Assembly: GCA_043821265.1 (NCBI GenBank)
Contig: JBDRCY010000015.1
Coordinates: forward strand, 10,558-74,557
Direction of reading: 5' to 3'
Length of the DNA: 64,000 bases
DNA from: Chloroflexota bacterium
Lineage (GTDB): Bacteria > Chloroflexota > Dehalococcoidia > Dehalococcoidales > JBDRCY01
Part shown: positions 40,601 to 49,400 of the stretch, piece by piece
Layout: every line of letters starts with the position of its first letter
How positions within the stretch are numbered: the first letter of the stretch is position 1
Program-made: the position numbers and the translations under genes
Notes under the pieces: model-generated
Databases searched by the model: none
Told to the model about the DNA's origin: nothing
What the model saw: the letters and a program-made list of their open reading frames with translations, nothing else

Positions 40601-41206
40601 CTATGACCTCTTAATCCTCGTCTGCTGCCAAACACAAAAGAGTCTCTGCCCCACGGTGACAAAGCTGAACACCGTTATAATGGCTAAAGTGATAACTAAA
40701 GCATAAGGAAAACGGCCGAGCAAAAGTCCCAGCGATAGTACCAGCACCCGCTCAGCTCGGGTAAACCAGCCCACCTGACAGGCGAGCCCCATCGCCTCGG
40801 CCCGGGCCCGGATATAGCTCACCAGCAATGACCCCATCAGGGCCAGGCCGGCTAATAAAACCCATCGCAACTCCTGCTGTCCCCCATACCAGATAGAAAT
40901 GCCCAGCAGCAGTGCCACCTCGGAAGAACGGTCAAGGGTGGAGTCGAGGACGGCACCGAAAATGCTCGTCTGCTGAGTATAACGGGCCAGTGCCCCGTCA
41001 ATAATGTCGCAGAGCCCGGCCACCAGCAGCACCACACCGGCAATAATAAAATTTCCCCGACCAACCAGTACCGCCGCCCCCACCGCCAGCAGAAAACCGA
41101 GCAAGGTGATGATAGTGGGTGGTATACCCGTCCTCGCCACGAGCCGCACCAGCGGTCGGGCCAGATAAAAGCCTATGGACTTAAGAAACCCAGGAGACTG
41201 TGACAT
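40601..41206 (-). CDS. CDP-alcohol phosphatidyltransferase (phosphatidylinositol-phosphate synthase-like)
   Basis: 201 aa membrane protein. It has the complete DxxDGxxAR-x8-GxxxDxxxD motif (DIIDGALARYTQQTSIFGAVLDSTLD). Clustered with ino1. Confidence 0.8.
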   Translation of the reverse strand: MSQSPGFLKSIGFYLARPLVRLVARTGIPPTIITLLGFLLAVGAAVLVGRGNFIIAGVVLLVAGLCDIIDGALARYTQQTSIFGAVLDSTLDRSSEVALLLGISIWYGGQQELRWVLLAGLALMGSLLVSYIRARAEAMGLACQVGWFTRAERVLVLSLGLLLGRFPYALVITLAIITVFSFVTVGQRLFCVWQQTRIKRS

Positions 41207-41211
41207 ATATC

Positions 41212-42429
41212 TTACTTTTCGCTCATCCCGTCACCCAAACCACCGCTACTCTCCGCCAGGGCTGAGGAGAGGGAGGCCTCACCCTCCGGACGCCGCTTAT
41301 CCCACGGCGGTTGGCTGAGCACTCCGCTGTAGTATTTAAGCAGCCGGCGGGCAACGCGGTCCCAGCTATACTCCCTTACCTTAAGCCTTCCTCGCTCCCC
41401 AATTTGACGGCGAAGCGCCTCGTCCTTCATCAGGGAAAGCAGTGCCTGGGCTAACATCCGGTCATTCTTCGGCGGTACCAGGAGGCCCTCTACCCCATCC
41501 GATACCACGCTGGCATAGCCCTCTATATTAGAGGCCACAATGGGCTTACCCAGCGCCATCGCTTCCAGCAAAACGATGCCGAAACTCTCCCGTCCGGTGG
41601 CCGGGGAACAGAAAATATCAGCGGTCTGATAATACCGGGGCAGGTCATCATAAGAGGAGTGCCCGATAAAGACAACGTCCTCAAGCCGGCACTTGGCCAC
41701 CCGTCTTTCATACTTGCCCCGCAGCCTGGTGCCGGGTCCGACCACGATAATCCGGCAGTCGGGAAACTCCGGCTTAATCCACCGGTAAGCGGCCAGCAGA
41801 TAATCGAAGCCCTTACGATACTCCAGACGCCCGACGAACAGGATATTCAGCTTGCCGTCGCGGAACTCCTCGAACGGTGCCACGTCAGGCGAAAAGTGTT
41901 CCAGGTCAACACCGTTGGGGATAATGGTATAATCCCCGGGCACGAACTCCCCGGCGAAGTCCGCCGCCGGCCGGGACACGGCAATCTTGCCGGCCAGTTT
42001 GGGGGCCCGCCTATTCAACATGAAGGTGCTGATGGGTCGGCCAAATTTATAGCCCGGCCTACCATGACAGGCATGAAAGGTGCCCACATTGGCCGTATCG
42101 GAAAAACGGAGCACGGCGCTACACAGCATCGGCATAAAGGGCTCGTGCAAGTGGACGATGTCGAATTTCTCTCGGGCCAGTACCTCCTTTATCTGAGAAG
42201 CCAGACGGATCGATAAGGTAATACGGGCAATAGAACCACTGGTAGGCACTGCCCGGGGCCTACCTATAGGGATGAGCCGGCCATCGAGACTGACATCGCC
42301 CTGTGAGGCCGGGGCAATAATCTTAACCTCATGACCCATGCGGGTAAAGTGACGCTCCAATGCCAGGATATGGTGCAGGACCCCCCCGGGATAAGCAAAA
42401 TCATAAGGAGATACCAACGCTATTTTCAT
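41212..42429 (-). CDS. Family 4 glycosyltransferase (PimA-like or MshA-like)
   Basis: 405 aa, GT-B GT4 features: N-terminus MKIALVSPYDF.YPGGV..H, C-terminal half E.FGIVLLEAMA.GKPIVAS. The donor and acceptor cannot be read from the sequence. Confidence 0.75.
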   Translation of the reverse strand: MKIALVSPYDFAYPGGVLHHILALERHFTRMGHEVKIIAPASQGDVSLDGRLIPIGRPRAVPTSGSIARITLSIRLASQIKEVLAREKFDIVHLHEPFMPMLCSAVLRFSDTANVGTFHACHGRPGYKFGRPISTFMLNRRAPKLAGKIAVSRPAADFAGEFVPGDYTIIPNGVDLEHFSPDVAPFEEFRDGKLNILFVGRLEYRKGFDYLLAAYRWIKPEFPDCRIIVVGPGTRLRGKYERRVAKCRLEDVVFIGHSSYDDLPRYYQTADIFCSPATGRESFGIVLLEAMALGKPIVASNIEGYASVVSDGVEGLLVPPKNDRMLAQALLSLMKDEALRRQIGERGRLKVREYSWDRVARRLLKYYSGVLSQPPWDKRRPEGEASLSSALAESSGGLGDGMSEK

Positions 42430-42463
42430 CGGTAGCTACCCAACCTACCCATAGATTTGTCCC

Positions 42464-43561
42464 CTAGGACGAACGCTTCTTCCCGGCAGTCTTACCCGCG
42501 GCAATGAAATCCTCTACTAACTGATGGGCCTTATCGTCGGTATATTGAATGGGTGGTGACTTCATAAAGTAGGACGAGGGGGCCACCAGTACCCCACCGA
42601 CACCACGGTCCAAGGCCAGTTTGCTGCACCTTACAGCATCAATAACCACCCCGGCCGAGTTGGGGCTGTCCCATACCTCAAGCTTCATCTCCAGGTTCAG
42701 GGGGACATCGCCAAAGGTCCGTCCCTCCATCCTGATATGGCAGAACTTGCGGTCTTTAAGCCAGGGCACATAATCGCTGGGGCCAACATGAATATCGCCG
42801 GGGTCAAGCTTGTAATCCAGCTGCGAGGTTACGGCATTAGTCTTGGATATCTTCTTCGACTCCAGGCGCTCACGCTCCAGCATATTGAGAAAGTCGGTAT
42901 TACCACCGAAGTTCAGCTGATAGGTCCGCTCCAGCTTAACCCCGCGCTCCCGGAACAGGCGGGTAAGCACGCGATGAACAATAGTGGCCCCGACCTGGGA
43001 CTTTATGTCATCGCCGATAAGGGGCAGCCCCTTCTCCGTGAAACGGCCCTGCCAGTACTTCTGCTGGGCGATAAAGACCGGGATACAGTTAATAAGACCA
43101 CAACCAGCCGCAAGCACCTGCTCCACATACCATTTGGTCGCCTCTTCGCTACCAACCGGCAGATAGTTGAGCACCACGTCGGTCTTGGTCTCCTTCAGTA
43201 TCTTGACAATATCAGCGGTCTGTCCCGGGGCCTTATCTATTATCTCGGAGAGATACTTGCCCAGACCATCATGGGTCATACCCCGCTGAACCCTGACGCC
43301 GGTGGCCGGCAACTCACAGAACTGAAAGGTATTATTGGGCACAGTAGTAATCGCCTGGGACAGGTCCTTGCCGACCTTATTCTTATCAATATCGAAGGCA
43401 GCGACAAACTTTATGTCACTTACATGGTAACCGCCCAGATTAACATGCATCAGGCCAGGCACGAACTGGTCCTCCTTGGCATCCCGGTAGTAATGAACAC
43501 CCTGAACCAGCGATGAAGCACAGTTGCCCACCCCGATTATGGCTACATTAATATCACCCAA
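42464..43561 (-). CDS. ino1: myo-inositol-1-phosphate (inositol-3-phosphate) synthase
   Basis: 365 aa with a TTG start. [21 protein letters not shown] and ...[11 protein letters not shown]... are typical of bacterial/archaeal MIPS. Confidence 0.85.
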   Translation of the reverse strand: MGDINVAIIGVGNCASSLVQGVHYYRDAKEDQFVPGLMHVNLGGYHVSDIKFVAAFDIDKNKVGKDLSQAITTVPNNTFQFCELPATGVRVQRGMTHDGLGKYLSEIIDKAPGQTADIVKILKETKTDVVLNYLPVGSEEATKWYVEQVLAAGCGLINCIPVFIAQQKYWQGRFTEKGLPLIGDDIKSQVGATIVHRVLTRLFRERGVKLERTYQLNFGGNTDFLNMLERERLESKKISKTNAVTSQLDYKLDPGDIHVGPSDYVPWLKDRKFCHIRMEGRTFGDVPLNLEMKLEVWDSPNSAGVVIDAVRCSKLALDRGVGGVLVAPSSYFMKSPPIQYTDDKAHQLVEDFIAAGKTAGKKRSS

Positions 43562-43852
43562 AACTAACTGCCTCCTTTGCCATCATTTACCGGGCCGAAG
43601 CCGATCAACCTTATGGCAACTCTATTGAACGGCCTTAGCCGCTAGTCATCGCCGCCTTCGCCCCGCCAGGCACAATACCACGCCTTATTAAAATAGATTC
43701 CTAAAAATTCAAGAGGTGTAAAAGGCGAGACTCGGCCATTTACCGGTCAATCCACCTCCCCATACCCGCATAATACTACCAAACAACAGGGATTGAGCGC
43801 AAGCCCCGCCCGTCAAAGCCAGATACCGTGGGGAAGCGACGGTAAAGGGGGC

Positions 43853-43987
43853 CTAACCGATTCTAAATACCTTGGTCCCGCACTTGGGACAGGTACCCTG
43901 GGTGGCCGGTTTACCGTTCTTCAGGGTAACCTTCTTGGGGTCCTTTATCTCCACCTTGCTCCTACACTTAACGCAATACGCCTGCAT
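43853..43987 (-). CDS. Small zinc-ribbon protein (DUF5679-like), 44 aa, absent from the supplied ORF track
   Basis: The minus strand encodes MQAYCVKCRSKVEIKDPKKVTLKNGKPATQGTCPKCGTKVFRIG*. AGGAGG lies 9 nt upstream of the ATG. CxxC...CxxC spacing. Confidence 0.6.
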   Translation of the reverse strand: MQAYCVKCRSKVEIKDPKKVTLKNGKPATQGTCPKCGTKVFRIG

Positions 43988-44078
43988 CGCCTGTTCCCTC
44001 CTTCTGCGTCAACTAAACCCTATCTATTATACACAACTTGTCAAGCTCTGTATGCCGACAGCGGATTCCAGCTATCAC

Positions 44079-44978
44079 CTAGTCCCCGAAGACCTTTTCC
44101 GGCAGCCACTGCCTGGCGGCGGCACTATAGCGCAGCACGGCCAGGAAAAGGCCGTCGGCACCATAGGCACGGCAGCGGCCCGAATGAGTTGCCCCGCTGG
44201 CATCGCTACCGTCAGCAAAGTCCAGGGGACGCCCGTTCCTCAGGGCCAAGGCATTGGCCTCGCTGACGACCACAGCCGGCCAGTGAGAAAGCACCACATC
44301 CACCGGATAAACAAGGTGCTGCCAGTAGCCACTGGAGACAATATACTCCAGTTGAGACAACGAAACGGCATCCGCCAAATGGAAAAGACCATACCTTGAG
44401 CGGACGAGGCCGGCTAAACTGGCCCCGCAACCCAACGCCTGCCCTAAATCATGCGCCAGCGACCGGATATAGGTACCCTTACCCGAGACTACCTTTACGG
44501 TGACGACCGGCGGCTGCCAATCCATAAGCTCCATTTGATGAATCTCAACCGGCCGACTCTTTCGCTCAACCTCGACGCCAGCCCGCGCCAGCTCATAAAG
44601 ACGCTTGCCCCGATATTTAAGGGCACTGTACATCGGCGGCGTCTGTAATATTACACCACGGAAGGAGGCCAGTGCCGCCTCCAACTGCTCACGGCGGACA
44701 GCGGAGGCGTCGCCCCGCTGAGTGACCCGGCCAGCGGCGTCATAGGTATCGGTAACCACACCCAGCTGAATCCGGGCCTGATATTCTTTGGTGGCATCGA
44801 CCAGGAACTCAACAACCCTGGTACCCCGGCCAAGACAGACCGGCAGAACGCCGGTAGCCAGCGGGTCAAGGGTGCCCCCGTGACCCACGCGCCGCTCCCC
44901 GGTGAGGCGCCTGATACGAGCCACCACGCCAAAGGAGGTCTCCCCCTCCGGTTTATTTACGTTTAATATGCCATCCAT
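44079..44978 (-). CDS. truB: tRNA pseudouridine(55) synthase
   Basis: 299 aa. GILNVNKPEG.TS...V......GERRVGHGGTLDPLATGVL. Confidence 0.92.
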   Translation of the reverse strand: MDGILNVNKPEGETSFGVVARIRRLTGERRVGHGGTLDPLATGVLPVCLGRGTRVVEFLVDATKEYQARIQLGVVTDTYDAAGRVTQRGDASAVRREQLEAALASFRGVILQTPPMYSALKYRGKRLYELARAGVEVERKSRPVEIHQMELMDWQPPVVTVKVVSGKGTYIRSLAHDLGQALGCGASLAGLVRSRYGLFHLADAVSLSQLEYIVSSGYWQHLVYPVDVVLSHWPAVVVSEANALALRNGRPLDFADGSDASGATHSGRCRAYGADGLFLAVLRYSAAARQWLPEKVFGD

Positions 44979-45006
44979 AGCCAGTCACTCCCTGACGCAT
45001 CAGAAG

Positions 45007-45375
45007 TCAGTCCCGAGACTGGTCCCCGCTGCCCTCTTTACTAAGGCGGTCAATCAGCTCCAAGAGATGGGACCCCCGCTCAATACAATCATCCCACTGG
45101 AAGCTTAGCTCGGGAACACGCCGCAAGCGCAAATGCTTGGCCATTTCTTTGCGGAGAAAACCGGAGGCAGTAACCAGGCTGTGCATCGTCTCCTTCTTAT
45201 CCTCATCGCTGGCCAGGCAACTGACGAATACCCTGGCATGTCTCAGGTCGGGAGATGTAGCCACCTCGGTTACCGTTAAGGCATCACCAAGTCGTGGGTC
45301 TTTGACCTGGCACCTCAGTAGTTCACTAATTTCCTGGCGGATGAGAGTATTCAGACGTTCAACTCGGCGTGTCAA
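45007..45375 (-). CDS. rbfA: Ribosome-binding factor A
   Basis: RVERLNTLIRQEISELL...VKDPRLG..TVTEV..S.DL..A.VF. A TTG start at 45375, 5 nt after AAGGGGG, is preferred over ATG 45420, which would add an atypical 15-aa extension. Confidence 0.85.
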   Translation of the reverse strand: MTRRVERLNTLIRQEISELLRCQVKDPRLGDALTVTEVATSPDLRHARVFVSCLASDEDKKETMHSLVTASGFLRKEMAKHLRLRRVPELSFQWDDCIERGSHLLELIDRLSKEGSGDQSRD

Positions 45376-45423
45376 AACCGCCCCCTTGAAGAAATAAATT
45401 CCAACACCCCAGAGGGGCAATAT

Positions 45424-47265
45424 TCAGCTAGCTTCCTCACTGCGAAAGAATTCCAGCACATCACCCTCTTTAAAGTCGTTGAAGTTCTTGACGCCCACAC
45501 CACACTCATAGCCGGTGGCTACCTCGGTAACATCGTCCTTAAAACGCCTCGGGCTGGCCACGACGGACTCGAATACCGCCTTCTTGCCCCGCCATACCCT
45601 CACCGAGACACCTCGAGTCACTTTACCCTCGGTAACATAAACACCGGCCACCTGCGTCTTCTTGCCGCTGGTAAAGACAGTTCGTACCTCGGCACGTCCA
45701 TCCGTAACCTCGACAAAGACCGGCTTGAGCATACCCTTGAGCGCCTTCTTCACATCATCCACCAGATTATAGATAATGCTATAACACCGAATATCCACGC
45801 CCTCCATATCCGCTAAACGACGGGCTCCAGCCTCAATATCGGTGTTAAAACCGATAACCAGCCCCTTGGACGCCACCGCCAGCATAACATCGCTCTCAGT
45901 GACATTACCGGTGCCGTTATGGATAATTCTCACCCCGACCTCCTCCACACCCAGCTGCTCCAGAGAGCCCTTTATGGGGTCAATACTACCCTGAACGTCG
46001 ACCTTAAGAATGATGATGAGTTCCTTTACCCGACCGGCACTAATATGGTCAAAGATATTAATAAGGTTAATCGACTTAGCTCGCGAAGCCTGTTGCATCT
46101 CCTGCTGGCGCTTTTCCATCAGGTCTCGAGCCTGGCGTTCACCCGGCAGGACAGCTAGGGTATCCCCGGCCTGGGGTACGCTGCTTAAGCCCAGTACCTC
46201 GACCGGGATAGATGGTTCCGCCTTCCTCACCCGCTTGCCCGTATAATCAAACATAGCCTTCACTCTACCCCAAGTGGCGCCAACCACCACCACCTCGCCC
46301 ACCTTCAGGGTTCCATTATTAACCAGCACCGTGGCCAACGGCCCCCTGGTCTTGTCCATCTTGGCCTCGATAACCACCCCCTCGGCGGCCCGACTCGGGC
46401 TGGCCTTGAGCTCCTCCACTTCAGCTAGCAGCAGCAGATTATCCAGCAGGTCCGATATACCGGTACCCTCCTTGGCCGAAATGGGAACGCAGATGGTATC
46501 GCCCCCCCACTCCTCAATAACCAGACCGGCATCGGCCAGCTGCTGCTTGACCATATCGATATTGGCCTCGGGCTTATCTATCTTATTGATGGCCACTAAA
46601 ATAGGCACCCCGGCGGCCCGAGCATGGTCGATAGCCTCCGAGGTCTGCGGCATCACTCCATCGTCAGCGGCCACTACTAGAATGGCGATGTCGGTCACCT
46701 GGGCCCCATGGGCTCGCATCGCCGTAAAGGCCTCATGCCCCGGGGTATCCAGGAAGGTAATCCGGTGTTCATTCACCTCCACCTGATAAGCACCAATATG
46801 CTGGGTGATACCACCGGCCTCAGTGGACATGACATTGGTCTTACGAATCGCGTCCAGAAGCCTGGTCTTACCGTGGTCAACGTGACCCATAATAGTAACC
46901 ACCGGAGGCCGGGTGTGCAGGCCACCATGCTCATCGCCGCCCAGCTTCTGACGCCGCTTGATGTCACCAACGCTGTCCCCGAGCCTTTTCGCCTTTATCG
47001 ACTGCGGGCGAACCTCATAGCCAAAACGGCCAGCCACCGAGGCCGCCGTTTCATAGTCAATAGCCTGATTAATATTAGCCATGATGCCGCTTCTCATCAG
47101 CTGCTTGATAACATCTATCGACCCCACCCGTAAAAGCTCGGCCAGCTGACGCACCGCCAAAGACTGTGGAATCTCCACCGAAGGCGCCTTGGGCTGCGGG
47201 CGGCTCTTGCCGGCCTCTTTACCGGCGGGCTCGGTCACTTCTTCTGGTTTACTTGCCTTTACCAC
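45424..47265 (-). CDS. infB: Translation initiation factor IF-2
   Basis: 613 aa with a GTG start after GAAGGAGC. G-domain [30 protein letters not shown]. Short N-terminal region. Confidence 0.96.
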   Translation of the reverse strand: MVKASKPEEVTEPAGKEAGKSRPQPKAPSVEIPQSLAVRQLAELLRVGSIDVIKQLMRSGIMANINQAIDYETAASVAGRFGYEVRPQSIKAKRLGDSVGDIKRRQKLGGDEHGGLHTRPPVVTIMGHVDHGKTRLLDAIRKTNVMSTEAGGITQHIGAYQVEVNEHRITFLDTPGHEAFTAMRAHGAQVTDIAILVVAADDGVMPQTSEAIDHARAAGVPILVAINKIDKPEANIDMVKQQLADAGLVIEEWGGDTICVPISAKEGTGISDLLDNLLLLAEVEELKASPSRAAEGVVIEAKMDKTRGPLATVLVNNGTLKVGEVVVVGATWGRVKAMFDYTGKRVRKAEPSIPVEVLGLSSVPQAGDTLAVLPGERQARDLMEKRQQEMQQASRAKSINLINIFDHISAGRVKELIIILKVDVQGSIDPIKGSLEQLGVEEVGVRIIHNGTGNVTESDVMLAVASKGLVIGFNTDIEAGARRLADMEGVDIRCYSIIYNLVDDVKKALKGMLKPVFVEVTDGRAEVRTVFTSGKKTQVAGVYVTEGKVTRGVSVRVWRGKKAVFESVVASPRRFKDDVTEVATGYECGVGVKNFNDFKEGDVLEFFRSEEAS

Positions 47266-47268
47266 CGA

Positions 47269-47565
47269 TTAGCTCCTTCGCAGCAGTTCCTTACCGCACC
47301 TGATAAGCTCTTGCCGATTGTCCTGAGTGAGGCCAGTGCGCAAAACACGTTCCACCCGGACACCCTTAAGCCCCACCTCCCAACAGGCCCATTCCCGACA
47401 GAGATAGGCACCACGCCCATCCCTCCGGCCACCGGTATCAACCTCCACTCTGTCACCGGCAACACACACCAAGCGGACCAGCTCTTTCTTGGCCCTTACT
47501 TTACCACAACCCACACAGGTACGCTGCGGTATATGCCTGGTAAACTTAGTACGCTCAGTCTCCAT
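47269..47565 (-). CDS. ylxR: YlxR/DUF448 family RNA-binding protein
   Basis: METERTKFTRHIPQRTCVGCGKVRAKKELVRLV....GRGAYLC. Start ATG at 47565 overlaps the nusA 3' end by 11 nt. The listed longer ORF start lies inside nusA. Confidence 0.75.
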   Translation of the reverse strand: METERTKFTRHIPQRTCVGCGKVRAKKELVRLVCVAGDRVEVDTGGRRDGRGAYLCREWACWEVGLKGVRVERVLRTGLTQDNRQELIRCGKELLRRS

Positions 47566-49039
47566 CCAGATTAATCTCGTCCAGCTGACGACCCTTCCGC
47601 TGCCGGCTACTATCCTCCGGTCCTTCCTTAGCTCGAGCGCTTTTCTTCTTCTTGCCCGACTTAGCCCCTGACCTACCCGCCCTAGTGGGCATAATATCCT
47701 CGGCAAACCGAATCTGAGACTCCCCTACTCCCCCTGAAGACTGCAAGATAGCCTCCAGTGGCCTGAAGGCATCCTCGACGGTAAGCTGAGCCTCCGCCTC
47801 TTCCTCTGCCTCGGCCGGTACCAGATCCGGCTCAGTAAGAGATGGCACTTCAGCCAGTACCTCCTCAACCGCTTCAACCACCGGTTCGACCTCAACCACC
47901 GGTTCCGCCTCGGCTACTTCGGCCACCGGCTCCGCCTCGGCCACCGGCTCCGCCCTGACTGCCTCAACCGCGGGCTTACCGGGCGCTTCCACCTGTCCCT
48001 CGGCCACCGAGGCGCTCTTAATATCAATTCGCCACTCACTTAGTTTAGCCGCCAACCTGACATTTTGCCCTTCCTTGCCGATGGCCAATGACAGCTGCTT
48101 ATCCGGGACGACCACCGTGGCTACACCATCGGCCTCGTCCAGGGTAACATTCAATACCTTGGCCGGACTAAGAGCATTGGCAATAAAGGTCAAGGTATCC
48201 GGACTCCACATAACAATATCCAGCTTCTCGCCGCCCAGCTCTTTGACAATATTCTGTATCCTGATACCACGCATGCCAACACAACAACCGACCGGGTCAA
48301 TCCCTTCCTGGTTGGTAGCTACCGCTACCTTACTGCGGAGGCCTGCCTCACGGGCAATTGATTTCAACTCGACGACGCCGTTATAGACCTCGGGGACCTC
48401 CAGTTCAAAAAGCCGCCGTAGCTGACCGGGATGAGACCGTGAGACTATTACCTGCGGCCCTTTACCGGTTTGAGCCACCTCCAAAAGGTAGACCTTTAGC
48501 CTCTGCCCCACACGATACCTCTCGGTACGCATCTGCTCGGTTACCGGCAACACCGCTTCCGTTCGGCCCAGATCGATATACACCTGGCTGTGTTCAATGC
48601 GTCGCACCAACCCGGTGAGAATCTCTCCCTCTTTATCAACATACTCCTCAAAGATGGCATTATGCTCCGCCTCATGGAGACGCTGGAGCATAACCTGCTT
48701 GGCGGTCTGAGCAGCAATGCGCCCGGCATTGGGGGGAGTAGCTTCCACCACCACCGCCTCTCCAAGTTCCACATCCTCCTTGATGCTACGGGCCTCGCTC
48801 AGCGATATCTCGCAACGCTTGTCTGCCGGTTCTGCCACCACTGTCTTTTCCGCCCATACCTTCACCCCTCCCGTTGCGGGATTAATCTTAACCGCAATCT
48901 TCTGAGTGGGCATAAAGTTTTCCCCATCCTTGCGATAGGCCGAGGCCAACGCCGACTCCACTGCCGATAGAACTACTTCCTTCGACAGATTTTTTTCTGC
49001 CGAGAGTTGAGTGATAGCGAGTACAAAATCGCTCTTCAT
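47555..49039 (-). CDS. nusA: Transcription termination/antitermination factor NusA with an acidic repeat plus basic C-terminal tail
   Basis: Start MKSDFVLAITQLSAEKNLSKEVV.. at ATG 49039, after GGAGG. S1 and two KH domains (IDPVGCCVGMRGIRIQNIVKEL; LSLAIGKEGQNVRLAAKL). The 50-aa N-terminal extension in the ORF track covers the promoter/leader and is rejected. Confidence 0.9.
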   Translation of the reverse strand: MKSDFVLAITQLSAEKNLSKEVVLSAVESALASAYRKDGENFMPTQKIAVKINPATGGVKVWAEKTVVAEPADKRCEISLSEARSIKEDVELGEAVVVEATPPNAGRIAAQTAKQVMLQRLHEAEHNAIFEEYVDKEGEILTGLVRRIEHSQVYIDLGRTEAVLPVTEQMRTERYRVGQRLKVYLLEVAQTGKGPQVIVSRSHPGQLRRLFELEVPEVYNGVVELKSIAREAGLRSKVAVATNQEGIDPVGCCVGMRGIRIQNIVKELGGEKLDIVMWSPDTLTFIANALSPAKVLNVTLDEADGVATVVVPDKQLSLAIGKEGQNVRLAAKLSEWRIDIKSASVAEGQVEAPGKPAVEAVRAEPVAEAEPVAEVAEAEPVVEVEPVVEAVEEVLAEVPSLTEPDLVPAEAEEEAEAQLTVEDAFRPLEAILQSSGGVGESQIRFAEDIMPTRAGRSGAKSGKKKKSARAKEGPEDSSRQRKGRQLDEINLDGD

Positions 49040-49071
49040 CCCAGTCTCAGACCTCCACGTTATAGTTACTC

Positions 49072-49105
49072 CAATACAACAAAAAAGTGGGAATAAAACC
49101 CACTT
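49072..49105 (-). terminator. Intrinsic terminator-like hairpin inside the nusA 5' leader (AAGUGGG-UUUUAUU-CCCACUU followed by UUUUUGUUGUAUU)
   Basis: Read on the minus strand. It lies between the candidate promoter (49161-49189) and the nusA ATG (49039). Confidence 0.5.
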
Positions 49106-49160
49106 AACAACAATACATGCGCCGTAAATACAAGGTACACGAGATACTATTCTCGCGACG

Positions 49161-49189
49161 AGTATAACACAGAAGGCTGCAATATGCAA
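49161..49189 (-). promoter_or_regulatory. Candidate nusA operon promoter (-35 TTGCAT, 17-nt spacer, -10 TATACT)
   Basis: The minus strand reads TTGCAT-attgcagccttctgtgt-TATACT. Confidence 0.5.
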
Positions 49190-49261
49190 GCCCCTATGCC
49201 AATCCGCTAGATGAGGCTACCGGCAGTATTTCCCACGCCAGAGGATATCAGTATAGTAAGG

Positions 49262-49290
49262 TTGACGCCTAAATAGGCCTATGCTAACAT
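49262..49290 (+). promoter_or_regulatory. Candidate ribF operon promoter (-35 TTGACG, 17-nt spacer, -10 TAACAT)
   Basis: The plus strand reads TTGACG-cctaaataggcctatgc-TAACAT, in the AT-rich divergent region between nusA and ribF. Confidence 0.4.
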
Positions 49291-49400
49291 TAAAGCACTT
49301 CGCAGCTATATAATAGATTAATGCCAGCTAGATTTCTGCTTGTTTCTTAGACCAGTTAAAGCCTGCTAGTCCGTTAGGAATTCTGCTTCGGGAAAAGGGT

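Noticed and set aside
43562-43852. Riboswitch-like structure in the 290-bp ino1 upstream region (7-bp helix UUGCCAU/AUGGCAA enclosing a GGC-UUCG-GCC tetraloop hairpin directly before the AGGAGG RBS)
   Set aside because: The structure is real in the sequence but small and generic. I know of no ligand class associated with ino1, and it may simply be a stabilising 5' hairpin. I noted it but did not promote it without comparative data.
49040-49189. 50-codon N-terminal extension of nusA in the ORF track (MHIAAFCVILVAR...)
   Set aside because: The canonical NusA N-terminus (MKSDFVLAITQL..) starts at ATG 49039 with a GGAGG RBS. The extension is hydrophobic nonsense that covers a promoter and a terminator hairpin.
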